From contig CP158636.1 of NCBI GenBank assembly GCA_050273025.1, positions 5,766,001-5,830,000 of the forward strand: DNA of 64,000 nucleotides, written 5' to 3'. The notes beneath the pieces are model-generated. The model worked only from the letters and a program-made list of their open reading frames with translations, made no database searches and was not told the origin of the DNA. A program made the position numbers and the translations under genes. The stretch comes from Cenococcum geophilum (taxonomy: Eukaryota). Shown here one piece after another: positions 22,631-35,820 of this stretch; within the stretch, counting starts at the first letter, position 1; every line of letters begins with the position of its first letter.

Positions 22631-25600
22631 TTTGTCGTTTCCTGTTCCGCTCTAGCTTCAATCAGTAAGTCGACATTCTCACAATCGCCATTCATGGCGG
22701 CTGTGTACAGTGGCGTTCGCCCCATAGAGTCTTTTAAGGTAAGGTTCACGCCCATACCGACAAGAGCCTTTACTATGTTTCTGTGTCCCCCAGCTATAGC
22801 GGCATTGATTGGAACGCCGAATTTCCCTCCATCTACATTAGGGTTTGCACCCCAATGAATTAACAGGTCGAACGCTAACTCATAACCTTTAAAACAAACT
22901 GCTTGTAGAGGGGTGCCGTATTCGCCTCCTACTGTGTTCAATTGTGTTTTATCCTTTGCCCAAATACATTCCATGCTGGTAGTAAGATCGAACAAAGCTG
23001 CATAATATAACGGGGTTGCTACAGCCCTTTTGTTTTCTTGACTTTCATCTGCCGTTGCCCCAGGGGACTCAATGTACGTTCTCTATTGATGAAAGCTCCC
23101 ATTTTCAGGACGAAAAAACTCTCTCACCAGGCTGACTAGCTTAATATCGTCCTTTCCCCCTGCGGTGACATGCGAATTCTAATGTCTTGCAGCATAATCA
23201 ATGAATGGATATTTGTGCTCATAGTTCTCTTGCGTTCCGGAGCACTGCCAGATGTCGCCGTAATTTAAATAGGCAAGACAAATCCCTGCAATGAACCTAT
23301 GATGCTCAGCCTGACTAGGAATTCGATCAAAGCCTGAAGAGCTTTTGGATGGATCCACCGGACTTTGTGATAGGACAGAGACTAGAAATTCTCAAACTGA
23401 TGGGTGGATTAGATGGATGGTTCCGGAACCAGCTCCATCACCAGATTCCTCCGCCTTAATTTCTACAAGAGCCCCGCAGATGTCGATAATCTCGCTGTTA
23501 ATATAGTCGCCATCGATATTGTCGGGTAACTCGTCTAATTGGAGACTAGCGCCATCATCATTGGGCTCAACAATGAGAGCCTCGGTGATCTCGGATACGG
23601 TTAGAGGCCGTAAGGCGAAAGTTGTCCATCTCAGTATGGCCAAGGCACGGTTCTGTTCCTCGGGGGGGTGGCTTTGGATAGTTTTCCAGTTCCGCTCGTA
23701 GGTTTTGGTAAGTCCATTCGGCATGTTCTTCACGATATTCTGCAGTTGCTTTGCATTTTTACCACTCCGCAATTAATCTTGTTGCAGTTTAATCCACAAG
23801 AACATCCCTTCACACTTTTCAGCGAGCTGCCCCGCTAGGTTTTGCCTGAGATGGTCATCCTTGTTTGGTAGCTTCTTATAAATCACACTTTTAGACAAAA
23901 GTGATATGTCGTGTCGAACATCTTCCTTGGAGATTCTGCATTAAAGCATAACGTGACCTGCACCATGGACCATCTTTGGGGATAATTCTGCCTTTATGTC
24001 CGTTTCATCTCTACTTAAAATAAGAATTCTCGAGACAGTTCGCTTGGTTGCTTTCTTAAGCCTCTGCAGGAATTCGGTTCGAACATCGTCCAGCCGACTA
24101 TATTCGTCAAATCCGTCAAGCACAAAAGTATAGTTACGGTTATGAGAGACGATGGATCTAAAGATGGACCAAATAGCAGACTCTGATGCTCTCTGCCCGG
24201 CTTCAGAGTGTCCTCGGACCAACTCCAGAATGTCTGAATCCAGCTCTGCTATTTGTGCGATCCAGGATCTGATAATGGAACCTGGTTCGCCGCCAGATTG
24301 AGCATGAGGAGAGGCGAAGAAGGACGCGACGGGAAACGATTGCATGCCTTTCAGGTGTTCAACCAAGCTTGCGCATAGTATCGTCTTGCCACGTCCGGCG
24401 GGCGCACAAATCCAAAATAGTCTAGCCGCTTTATCAGAAGAATCCGCTAAAATCCATGTTCGGTATGCAGGATGAGAAAAAATCCATTCACATGTCCCTT
24501 CGAGACGTGACGAGACTTGCTTGTCGTAATACTGGCTCATATTATATCGATTGTCAACTTTCTTAACGTCAAGCCAGTCGTTGACTGCGTTCTGCAATTG
24601 TAACCTCGTCTCACGTTGTATATCACTAAGCAGACGCTGGAAAGCCCTCTGGATGCTCATAGATCTACTCGGATCCTGGGTTTGCTCATCTAATTGTATA
24701 AGTGAGCGCCACTTATAATATAGGAAAGGTACCCTACCCTTCATATGGTCTTCTAGCTTAGTTGGTTGCCGCAATAAGTGAGACTCAATGTTGGTTAGAA
24801 GGGCGAGATTGTCAAGCGTGTGGTGCATCTCAACCTCGTTCGTAAGCTTCCCCCTTTGCCTGGAAGCCCAACCAAGTCCACCTCTTATGGACGTTAGTAG
24901 TGCCGCTTTATTCTTGTTCTTCGACTTCTCCCTGAACAAGCCAGGGATATCGGCGAACGATTCATCATGGGCTTCGGAGTCGTTGCGCAATTGTGACCGA
25001 GGGTCATGGATTTCTTTCCATTTTCCATCAGATATTCTAACTCCACTAGCCCATTCATTAGGCTTGAGCTTATCCCCCTCGAACTGAGCGACTGCGCGAC
25101 GCAACTCGATTCCAAACTCTTTGTAGGCTTCGATCGACTCCGCCGGTGGTAGACCAGGCAGTTCATCCTTCAAAGACTCTTCGAACTCCTTCCGAAGCCG
25201 AACCAACGCCTTTTTCCGTCCTTCACCGTATATGAGTGGCATATGGATGTCGAAAATGCCTAATAGAGAGTATGCCGCGTCCTCTTCGCGTTTCGTCTCG
25301 CGTCTTTGTGCCCATGACATTCGCTCATCGAAACTGAGCTGAGATAAAGGGTGTCCTTGAAGAGCTTGAGTAGGAATGCCTGTTATCTCGTGGATTGCTT
25401 GCACAAGTGAATGTTTATCCCCAAGCCGCTCGCCCTTCATAGAAAAGAATTTGACAGATTTCGGAGCAAGAAGCTCTTGCAGTGTCCATCCCCGGGAAAA
25501 CCATCTACTCTTCTGAAAGGACTGGTCGTTGCTGGCGAAGCCACTGATCGAAACATCAGACAGATAAACGTAGCATTCGGCCGCATCATGGTACCACCGG

Positions 25601-25887
25601 AACATGGAGTTGATGGCTTCTGAAAGCTCCGCGCTGCTTGACTTGTCGATGCAGCAAGTGTCGACCCAGAAGAACTTCAGGCCATCATGAGCAGCTTGCT
25701 TTCCGCAGAAGCGGATCTTGGTATAGCCTGCTTTGCTCTTGCCTGTACCGTCTACTATATCTTTAAAGGTAACCTCTTCGTAAACCGCACCCCAAGTATG
25801 CGAAAGAACAGCATATGGCGGAATGCTCTCGCCAACAATTTCGACCAGACTGAATTCGCCGGTATCTTCAAGCCGCAAAAGACGCAT
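20609..25887 (-). pseudogene. HET-NACHT-ankyrin NLR, inactivated by nonsense codons
   Basis: HET domain (YAVLSHTWG, FWVDTCCIDK, WFSRGWTLQEL), NACHT Walker A APAGRGKT and Walker B FVLDGFDE, GMFLWI, then ANK repeats. Single frame with stops at 23941, 23773, 23392, 23179, 23083, 21925 and 20656. Probable 48-nt in-frame intron near 24690-24737. Confidence 0.92.
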
Positions 25888-26162
25888 GAGGGGAGGATTG
25901 TTAGCGAGCGCTAGCTAAGGAAATAATTTGAGAAGATGTAGGCAAGACGTATATTGGTCGAGCAGTCAAAGAACTGCGACTGTGCTGGCTGGCAGATTCA
26001 TGAAAGAACACTCGAAAAGGAGCGAGCTGGAGATAATGGTGGGGCAGGAGGCGGTGCAATGTGGCTGAGTAAGCGTGCTGAAGATGATTTGCACTTGATG
26101 CCGCCACCGCTAGCAGGGAGGATGGCCGACCCGCAACGACCACACCCTTGTAGCCGAAGTTT

Positions 26163-29100
26163 GTCTGGCCGGATACATACATACGGAGGATATTCATCTC
26201 GGACTTTCTTTTAATCGAATCCTAGTCTTTCGTTTAGCTAGTTCCCGCTGCAAGGCGGCCCCTGCGGCCCACCGAACGAAGCCCCGGAGCCCCGATGGCT
26301 GCTTCAACCCCTAAACGCATATCAGCAACACCACCTCTGGACCCGCCAGCAGCTCCACTAAGACGTACAAAGAAACCGAGCGCGAAGGTGCAAGAGGCCC
26401 AGCAGTCGCTAAGGACACGAGCCCAAATATTAGCACAGTTTAAACAGCAGACAACCGCACCACAAACTGGACTATAAGCTATATAGCATATACTGCCTCT
26501 ATTCCCTACAGCAAGAGTCTCTACCTCACCTAAACGTAAAGGAGGAGGTATTAATTGTAACGAATTTTATCAACTTATTAAAAGCCTTAAAGAAACTATA
26601 GTATAGCAGAGCAATATTATTATAAACCAGAATAGCATTATTAAGAGCATTAGAAATAACCTTATAAACATTAAATTGGAATAGTAAAGCCTTAAAAAGC
26701 AAAACGCTAAACTTTAAAAGGCTATCTGGTCCTTACAAGCGTAACTAAATACTCCCTTAGCTCCAATATAATTATAGGTATTGGTAGCGGCCAGTAGAGG
26801 TACAATAGGGTTAGAAATAACCTTGCTATAAATAATAAGCGCTAGGAACCCTAAGGAACCCAATTAGCAGCTAGTAATAGATGTTAGCTAAGTAGGTTTA
26901 AAGGTAATAAAGAGGGTAGCTACTACTAAAGCAGTAAAGCAAACTATTGCGTAAGGTATAAAGGATATTAAGGGGCTTACGGGAGCTATACTTAAGGACT
27001 TCCGCGTATAGCGAATAAGCGACAGCGCGAGTATTATTAGATTCTTAGTGGAAAAAGATAAAGAAGCTGCGTTTAGGCAGACAACTGCTCAATAGCTCAA
27101 ACCGCATATCCCTAAGGCGAGGCTTATTAAACCCAAGTAGTATACGGTTAAGGCGGACTAGGTTAAAGTACCTTTAGCAATAGACATTAATAGTAGAAAA
27201 GTAAGTAAGTCAGCTATAGAGCGCTTTAGGGTAGAGAATGGGGTAGAGGTATATATAATAAGATAGCTGGGATAACTAAGGCCGCGCGGCCAGCACGCGT
27301 CGGTGATTGTTAAAGTGGCAGTAAAGGAGGATGTAGAGAAGCTGCTTACGTTAGACAACGTGTTATTTAGGGAAGACGCGATTATTATATCACCATTTAA
27401 GGAGTGACGCACCCCTATAGTATGCTATAAATATAAAAGGTTTAGATATAGGGCTAGAGACTATACGCAACCTAACACATGCAAAATATATAGGCGGGAA
27501 GGCTATCTCTAGTGTAAGATGGTAAATCTACACTGCGTAAACTGCTAGGGTCCTTACCAAGCCTTATACCGTAAATACCTAGTATATAGGAAAGAGATAG
27601 ACAGGATTCTTATATAACAGCGCTATAAATAGAGAACTCTAGATCCTCTAGGCGAATATAAAGAAGTATAAGAAGGCGCAGTATGCACTACACAATAATA
27701 AAGCGCTAGCGGACTTCCACTTTATTCTAGGCTAGAAGCCTTACTACTTTCTCTTAGATAGGGAAGTAGTGCTAGCTAGCTTAAATCCCCGGTGGATAAG
27801 GTTCGTCCTAATAGGCAGGCAGCAGCGGTATCCCCTAGTTAGGTTATATATCTAGGCATTTAGAGAGCTAGTAGCTATATAGCTGCAGGTAGATTTAGCA
27901 GATATTACGGCAGTAGTAGCGCACGTTAGCTAAAGGAGACTTATAATTATATCGGTATACATTCTAGATAGATATTTAAGAAGAACCAAGGAAGAGAACC
28001 TAGAGGAGCTCTTTAGTAGACTAGAGATAATTAATAGACTAATTTAGGGTAAACTATTACGCGACCCATATACCGAGGTAGTAATTATAGGTAACTTTAA
28101 TCGGCATAATCCGCTATAGGGAGGAAGTTACATTAGTACTATATTAACGCAGGAAGAAAGCGCGCCAATTATTAACTTTATGGCGGACCGGTCACTCCAA
28201 AGCCTACTTTTAGTGGGAATACCTACGTTTAAAAGCGATATAGGGCGAACATTAATAATTAACCTTATACTTGCAACTCTGGGCCTAGTAAGTAAACTAG
28301 TAAAGTGCGCCATCTAGGAGTATAAGTATGGATTAGACTATAGAGTTATCTATACTAGCTTCTAGGTTAATATAAACACGTAGAAGAGCTAGAAGAGGCT
28401 GCTTATTAAGAATGCGAACTAGGACAAGATATAAGAAGACATGGAGCGATAAAAAGAAATGGGATTCCCTATAGAAGATATAGATGAAATAGTTAACTAC
28501 CTTAATAGGTGGGTTAATAAAGCCCTTAAAGTACACTGCTAATGGGCCAAACTATTACCGTATATAAAAAGATAGTAGAACGAAAACCTTATAACGCTAA
28601 GGAAGTTATATATATACTAGAGGAATAGAAATAGCGCGATGTGGAGGTAAGGAAGGGATAACCCTAAGCTATATAATATCGCAGCAAGAGCGAAGAAGCT
28701 CTTTTATAGGACTATTCGGCGATATAGGAAGCTTTATTAGGACGAATTCCTTAGTAATAGTGACAATATATAGAAAGCGTTAAAATACCTTAATCCGCAG
28801 GCTATATCCGCATTCGCTAGAATACCGCTAATTAAGAAGGATAGAGAATAGGGAGAGGTTATTACGGAGAACTATAATATTATAAGAGAACTACTCTAGG
28901 CATTCTTTCCGGTCTTACTACCGTGCAAATAAGAGGAGGAAGCTATAACTAGCTATAACTAATTACCGTAGGAGCCTATCGCTAAATATAAGGTTAAGGT
29001 AGCTATATTTAGGGCTAGCCTAGATAAGGCTCTTAAAAGGGACAGCCTACTAGCTAGGGTATGGCAAGAGCTATAGCCTATACTAAGTGGTAAGATTACT

Positions 29101-31872
29101 ACTCTCTTTACCAAATCACTTAAGATAGGAAAGGTACCCTAGGAATAAAAGGTAGTAAAGATTATATTGCTACAAAAGTTAAAGCGGGGGGACTATATAG
29201 TAGTAAATAACTATAGGCTGATCTCCCTCCTCCCAACGCTAGAAAAAGCACTTAAATCGCTAGTAGTAGAGAGGATAGTATACTTAGTAGAGAAATATAG
29301 CCTACTACTTAAGACGCACTTTAAAGCTAAAAAGCAAAGGTTAATAATATATACGCTATTATATCTCTATAAGGACGTATTTAGAGTATAAAGAGGAAAG
29401 AAAACGCTGTTTTTAGTATTATTTAATATTAAGGGTGCGTATAATAATGTAGCCATAGAGCTGGAAATTAGGAGATTACGGCAGCGTTAGATACCTTAAA
29501 CGATTATATAATAGGTATAGGACTTTTATACAAATTGTTAAGCCTATATCCTAGTTAACGGATATATATTAGAGGTACAGGCGCTCCTATAGGCGGGTCT
29601 CCTGTAGGGATTAGTACTAGCCCTAATACTCTTTCTATTCTTTAACGCGGATTTTATATAAAGCGCACCTAAAAATAGCAGCTTTATAGCCTTTATTAAT
29701 AACTACTTAGTATAGGTTATAGGCCCTATAGCGGAGGAAAACACGTAGATTATCTAGGGCAAGATTATACCGATGCTTAAGAAATAGGAGAGGACTAGTA
29801 GAGCCCAATTTAAAGTAAAGAAAACGTTATTTATCTACCTTACTAGATATAAAGAAGTAGGTAGGGATGCTACTATACCGCTCTAATTTAAAGGAAAAGG
29901 GATCCCCTTAACTTAGGAAGTTAAAATCCTTAGGGTGATCCTTAATAAGGAGCTATAGTTTAAGGTACACCTAGCAGATAAGGTAGGCAAAGCTACTAAA
30001 ATAGCGCTAGCGTTGCATAGATTAAAGGGACTGTAGTTTAAAAGCGTTAAGCAGCTAGCTAAGAGCTTAGTCCTACTAGTAGTAGACTATACGTCGCCAA
30101 TATAGTACCCGCTTATAATATAAGAGTTAATATAGCTCCTTTAGTAGGCGCAGAGGATTATAGTATAAGCTATTATTAGGGGGTTCTGCTTTATCACCCT
30201 ACTAATAGCGAAAGTAGAAGCTGGCTTACTCCCTCTTAAGTAAAGGCTGCGTAACCAGGCTATCGCGTTCTAGGTATTAATCTATAAACTAGGTAAATTA
30301 TATCCTTATTAGATGATTTAAAGACAGAGGCTCTATAAATAGCACTAATCGCCGCTTTAGAGGACAGTAGAGATATATAAGGATATTTAGGTAAATGGGG
30401 TGCTAGAGGTTAAACTATATATATGCCCACCGTAGGTGGCTAAGCCTAACGTAGTAATATATAAGGACGAAGATTATACTTAAGCTATTATTAAAGACTA
30501 TAAGCTAGGGCAGGTTAATATATACGTTAATATATTAGTGTGTAATAGTAGGGCAGGAGTTAGTATATATACTACGCCATCTAAAGCAATACTTTTAAAA
30601 ATGGTAGTAAGCTTTAATTAGGCTAACGCCTACCTTATAGAGCTTCTAGTAATTAGTAAGGCAGCTAACTAGCTATAGAACCCTATATACACGGCTATTA
30701 ATTAAGTAGGTTTTCTAATACCTATATCTAGTATAAGAATATTCTCCAACTTATAATTAGCGTTGCTATTAGTATAGAGCTAGAGGGCTAGAGCCTGCTA
30801 GGAAATAGTTATAGAGATCTTAAAGAAGCTTTAGCTGAATAATATTACGCTATACTAGATTTTAGGCTACTTAGGATTTATAGGAAATAAAAAGGCTAAT
30901 AAGCTTACTAAAGCAGTAATAAGACTAGAGAGTAAGGAGCCACTATAGAGAGACGGCCTTTTATAGTACCTTATAATGTAAGCGTTAAAAAGAGCTAAAA
31001 TAATAATAGGACCGCTTTTATTAGGAAGATTTAATATAGGTAAGTTTATAAGGAAGATTAATATAGCACTCTACCTTAGAAAGGCTATAGGATTATACTA
31101 GTAGCTAATTAGCTTAGAAGCTGCTATTCTTACGCAGCTATAGACTAGTAAGTTATTTCTAAAGGAATATCTCTATAAAATTAATATATTAGAGACGGCG
31201 TTATATAACTGCGGGCTTATAAAGTTAATATAGCACTTCCTCTTCTCTTATAGGAGGTAGGCGTAGTAAAGGATTAAACTAAGAGAGTAATATGGAGATT
31301 AATTTAGGGATCTATTATATATATTAGGAGGCTACTTATATAGATAAGAAGAAGGTAGGAATATTAACGGCTTAATTAAGCGCTGGAAGCTAGATATTAG
31401 CGTAGTTAAAGCTATAATTAAATTTATAAAGGAGACTGGATATTTATACCTAAGTGTATAAAATATAGAGAGTATAAAAGCCAATATTAATAAGTAAAGA
31501 CTCTTAAGAATTCCTCCTTTAATTATTTAACCGAATATACCGCAAGCCTCCTCTATATATGCCTCTATTGGTACGTTACTAATTAAGAAGCGTATAACGC
31601 TAAAATAGCCCTATAGATATAAGGCATCGAAAACTACTTACTTAGGCTTACCTCTAAACTCTAACTTTCTTTAATAGTAACATATTACTTTCCTTTATTT
31701 TTTCCTTGGTTAAGCATAGTATTAGGTAATAGATATATAGTTTTTATAGTTGGCTTCTAAACTAGAGCAAGCATATTAATAGTAGGAAGTATTTAGTTAG
31801 CGCTCTGTAACGGCCTATACCCTAAATAGTGCATGGCTATAATAGAATATACATATATACATACATATATAC
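26163..31872 (+). mobile_element. Full-length RIP-degraded Tad1-like LINE (ORF1 gag-like; ORF2 APE-RT-RNase H)
   Basis: 13-bp TSD GTAGCCGAAGTTT (26150-26162, 31873-31885). ORF1 from 26295 with CCHC relics at ~27420-27580. APE GNFNRHNPL (~28090). RT relics YRLISLLPTL, LL*GLVLA (for LPQGS) and FINNY (for FIDDY). (ATAC)n tail. Confidence 0.95.
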
Positions 31873-32828
31873 GTAGCCGAAGTTTTAGCGCCTTGGCCGG
31901 CACTAGCGGAGCTTTTGGCAACACTCTCCGAGGTGTATCTAGGCCTGGCCTCTGCCGATCAATATATGGTATAACCTGGCAGGCGACTTTCAGCGAGGAG
32001 ATATATATTGCGAATTGATTGTGTTGATTATCTGATGGGGCTTGATGCAAGTAAGCGCGCCGAGAAGCGGCTCGGATGATTTCTACGATTTGAAGCTTTC
32101 ACACGACGTTACGAAATCCTGAGGCTGGTGTAAAACCAAGGCTCCAATATGAAAAGCAGGAGGAATGGTGTGGGAAGAGAGATGGATGGAAAAAGCTATC
32201 CGCATGACCGTCCTCAATTGCGAACGCACCCGGACCTTTCGCCTTCTTGTTGGCGGTCGACCTACAGGACGCGTCGAACAGCATTCAACAGCCAAGCATT
32301 ATTCTTCTAAAGAGACGAAATTGTAAGAGGAGAGACATGCTGCTGCGAACGACAAGTAATTTGCGCATCCGAGGCAGGAAACAGAATTCTGATGAGTTCA
32401 AGCCGAGTGGGAGCACGATAGGATACGTCGAGCGCAGCCAGCTAGCTGACCTGTTACTGAGAAGCTGGATGAAGAGGTGATTCAGCTTGGCTTCCATAAG
32501 CAAGCGGTGCTGTATGATGAATCATGACGCTTAGTGAGGAGAGGATCTGGGTTGTGATGAAAGAAGGTATTTTCCTAGTTGGGAGATTTGGAAACAATCT
32601 GTGGCGCAAGCTGTGCCTCGGTGGCTTCAAATACCCCGCTGACGCAGACGATTCGCGATCTCGCCTACAACATCTGGAATTGCAAATGTGGATATAAGGG
32701 CTATCGAATGCGCTTCTTTCTCAACCACTACAATCACTCACATTCTTAAGTTTCAATTGTTTCCTTAAACACTGTTCAAAGTGAGACTTCTCGCGATTTT
32801 TATTCTCCTCGTGACAGCCTACAGCTCT

Positions 32829-33546
32829 ATGCAATTTATCTCCCGCTTGATACGTCCATTCTCCTCCGGCATAATGAGCTCTCAAGTTCCTCCACCAGCA
32901 GCATTACCCGCCGGCGCCGAAAAGGCTACGGTTGCTGCGGGTTGCTTCTGGGGTGTTGAGCATATGTACCGAAAGGCATTTGACAACAAAGGCTTGCTAG
33001 ATGCGAGGGTTGGATACATTGGTGGCGACAATAAGAACCCTAGCTATCGGTCCGTATGTAGCGGGCGGACAGGACGTGAGTACTTGAAAAATCACATGCC
33101 TGAAAGTGGGAACAGTTACTAATTAATTGAATGGTTTAGATGCCGAGGCTCTCCAAGTAATTTACGATCCCGAGAAAGTCACCTACCGCCAGCTCCTAGA
33201 ATTCTTCTACAAGATGCACGACCCGACAACCCTCAACCGCCAAGGCCCTGATACTGGAACCCAATACCGTAGCGCCATTTTCTTCCATAACGAGGAGCAG
33301 GAGCGCATCGCCAAAGACATAACTGAGAAGGTAGAGAAGGAATGGTGGAAGAAGAACCTCACAACGGAGATAATTCCAGCTGGGGAGTGGTATGATGCCG
33401 AGACGTACCATCAGTTGTACTTGGACAAGAGTAAGATCATTCTGCATTATGGATACTTTATGGATAATGTGCTAACTTCTGTAGATCCTGGAGGATATGA
33501 ATGTCCTTCTCATTTCCTGCGCAAATTTTCTCCTCTCTCTGAATAA
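32829..33546 (+). CDS. msrA: Peptide methionine sulfoxide reductase A, 3 exons
   Basis: [57 protein letters not shown]. Confidence 0.95.
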
Positions 33547-33922
33547 AAAGTTGTTGTTTATTTTATATTTCATGATAGCATTCCAACACCTACGCAGAAT
33601 TTAGGCTCCAAACTAAATAGTATATCCTCTATATCAATGATACGCTCCTCATATTGCTGTGGCTTCATTGAGCTTTGGGGCACATCAAACGTGATTCTCT
33701 AATTGTTATGCCAAAAATTCGTTTAATCCACTTGTTTTCCCTTGATTCAATGAACCATCCATAGCGTCTGCTATCACTAAATAAAAACTTCCTAAACTAC
33801 GAAATTTCAGACGGCATTTGGTATCACTGCACCAAACCCTCTATAGCCTCAATTCATTGCACCTCGCTAACTAAGTATTCGCTCGCTCTAAAACCGCCAA
33901 AACGAACTCACCAATTCATGCT

Positions 33923-34563
33923 CTACGATGGTGGCAGTGTCTCAAAAGTCTGCGCAACCTCCTCCCACCCCCCTCATCCTTCCCAAAGATCTCTGCCACA
34001 ACCGGGAACTCATGTCCCTTATTCGGCAAGCCCGTACGGAGGGTAATCTTATCATCTCCTAGAACAGTCTGATGATGATACGGATGCGCGGTGCGTGGTG
34101 CAGTTGGGGCAGTAGTAGCAGTAGACGGGTTTACCTAGCCAGCACATCAGCATCCAGTAAAGTTCCAAAATCACGAGATGGTTGGACGAGGGACGGGCGG
34201 ATGTAGGGCCAGGAAGCATGAGGGATGGATGAACCAGGTGAACGAGGCCACTCACCCGACTCGCCATAGTACGTGAAGCTCTTCAGGGCCTCATCACCCT
34301 TGGTGAGCTTGAAATTCGCCTTCGGGATAATCTGATTCATCATGTACGCTGAGCCCGAAAGGGCCTTGCAGACATTGCAATGACTGCACCGCATCAGCTT
34401 CCCTTGCACGCCCATTCTCGGACTCCTGCCACAGGAACCGTATTCGCCAAATAGAGGAACGGGACCGCAGCGCCTACCAAAGAATATGGCTCGCCTGATC
34501 CTTCTCCAGCTTCGCCTCTCACCCCGTCTGCCCGCAGTAGCACTTGCCCTGATACGTCGTCAT
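33923..34563 (-). pseudogene. GFA/Mss4-like (CENP-V/DUF636) zinc-binding protein, probable pseudogene
   Basis: GKCYCG, CHCNVCK, YYCPNCTT. TGA at codon 15 (34519-34521), a ~7-nt insertion near 34085-34095 and a frameshift near 33970. Confidence 0.75.
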
Positions 34564-35665
34564 ATCTTCTGTGGCCTTCAAGGTGCTCAAATCGCAAATC
34601 TAGAGTCCGCTTGATAGGGTTTAATTAGCAATTGACAACTTGTGAATGGATATCCACTGACTGTAGCTCCCTCGGACTTCTTATACACCTCATTCTGTCT
34701 TGTCACCCCCCCTCGTGCTCCTCTTCTTCCATCATGTCCGCGGTGGAGGCTAAGATCTCAGTATGACGGCATCGATCGACGCGTCGCTGCGCTAGGGTTC
34801 TGGGCAGGGCCTAGGCCAGCGACGCTTCTGCGGATTAGTGCAAGGCTTCCAAATACTTGTGGCTTTTCTTTTGATGTCGCGGTCCATGTAGTGGCACCGT
34901 CTTTGTGATCATTTTGGGTGGTGGTGCGTTTATTGGAAAGGTTTGGGAAGGGTCTCATTTGCTGGGCAGAGCTGCGTGCATATAATAGGTGAGAGAAGAG
35001 TCGTTTGATTGGAGTTGTTTAGTAAAGTTAGGAGATTATGGTGAGAGGTGCACGATGAATGTACCTAGCTGCAATTTGTTTTTCTCTTGCTGTTGACGTT
35101 GATATCGATCGATATATGGTAAAAAATAGAGTCGAAAGTTCACACGTGAGAAATAGGTCAACATAGATGCATTATCAACCGCTGATAAAAGGTATGTCTT
35201 GGCTGAGCGCTCTAGCAAATCGTTCTAAATGTTCTAGAGTAACAAAAGTCTCGAGTTTGCTGAACGGCCATACCCCTTCATGCTCACGAGACGTTTGTCT
35301 GACATTTAAATGAGACGCAATGTGACAGCATCACACGAAAATGGTTGTCTCCCGACAGACGCTATCAAACATGTTGTTGGTACACCTTAACACAACGTCT
35401 GTTCCCAGGAAACATGACACTGCCACCAGGTAGCGCCAACATCCAAGCTTATTTCTGGGAAATAGTAGTACCTTTGATCGCATACTAGGAATGAACAAAA
35501 AGCGCGCAATTCCAAATCAAGGGTCATGAAGTCTTGGACTAAGTTTGTGGGTATTAGTATGTACATGCATAGAATCTTCCTTGATAATATCTAGGAACAC
35601 CTTCGGTCTTGATAGATTAGAATGTATCAGCTCGAGGAACTTATCTCATGTGTCATGTGAAACGC

Positions 35666-35820
35666 CTATTCGATCTTGCATATGTTGTGTGATGTCTGAT
35701 GTCTTTTCGATCTTACATATGTTGTGTGATGTCCGATGTCTATCGATCTTGCATATGTTGTGTGATGTCCGATGTCCATTCGATCTTGCATATGCTGTGT
35801 GATGTCCAATGTCTATTCGA
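35666..35820. repeat. 37-bp minisatellite, about 4.2 copies
   Basis: Unit CTATTCGATCTTGCATATGTTGTGTGATGTCCGATGT; the last partial unit contains the amidase stop codon. Confidence 0.92.

Noticed and set aside
34519..34521. TGA as selenocysteine or readthrough in the GFA gene
   Set aside because: The position corresponds to a probable Trp, not Cys, and further frameshifts indicate decay.
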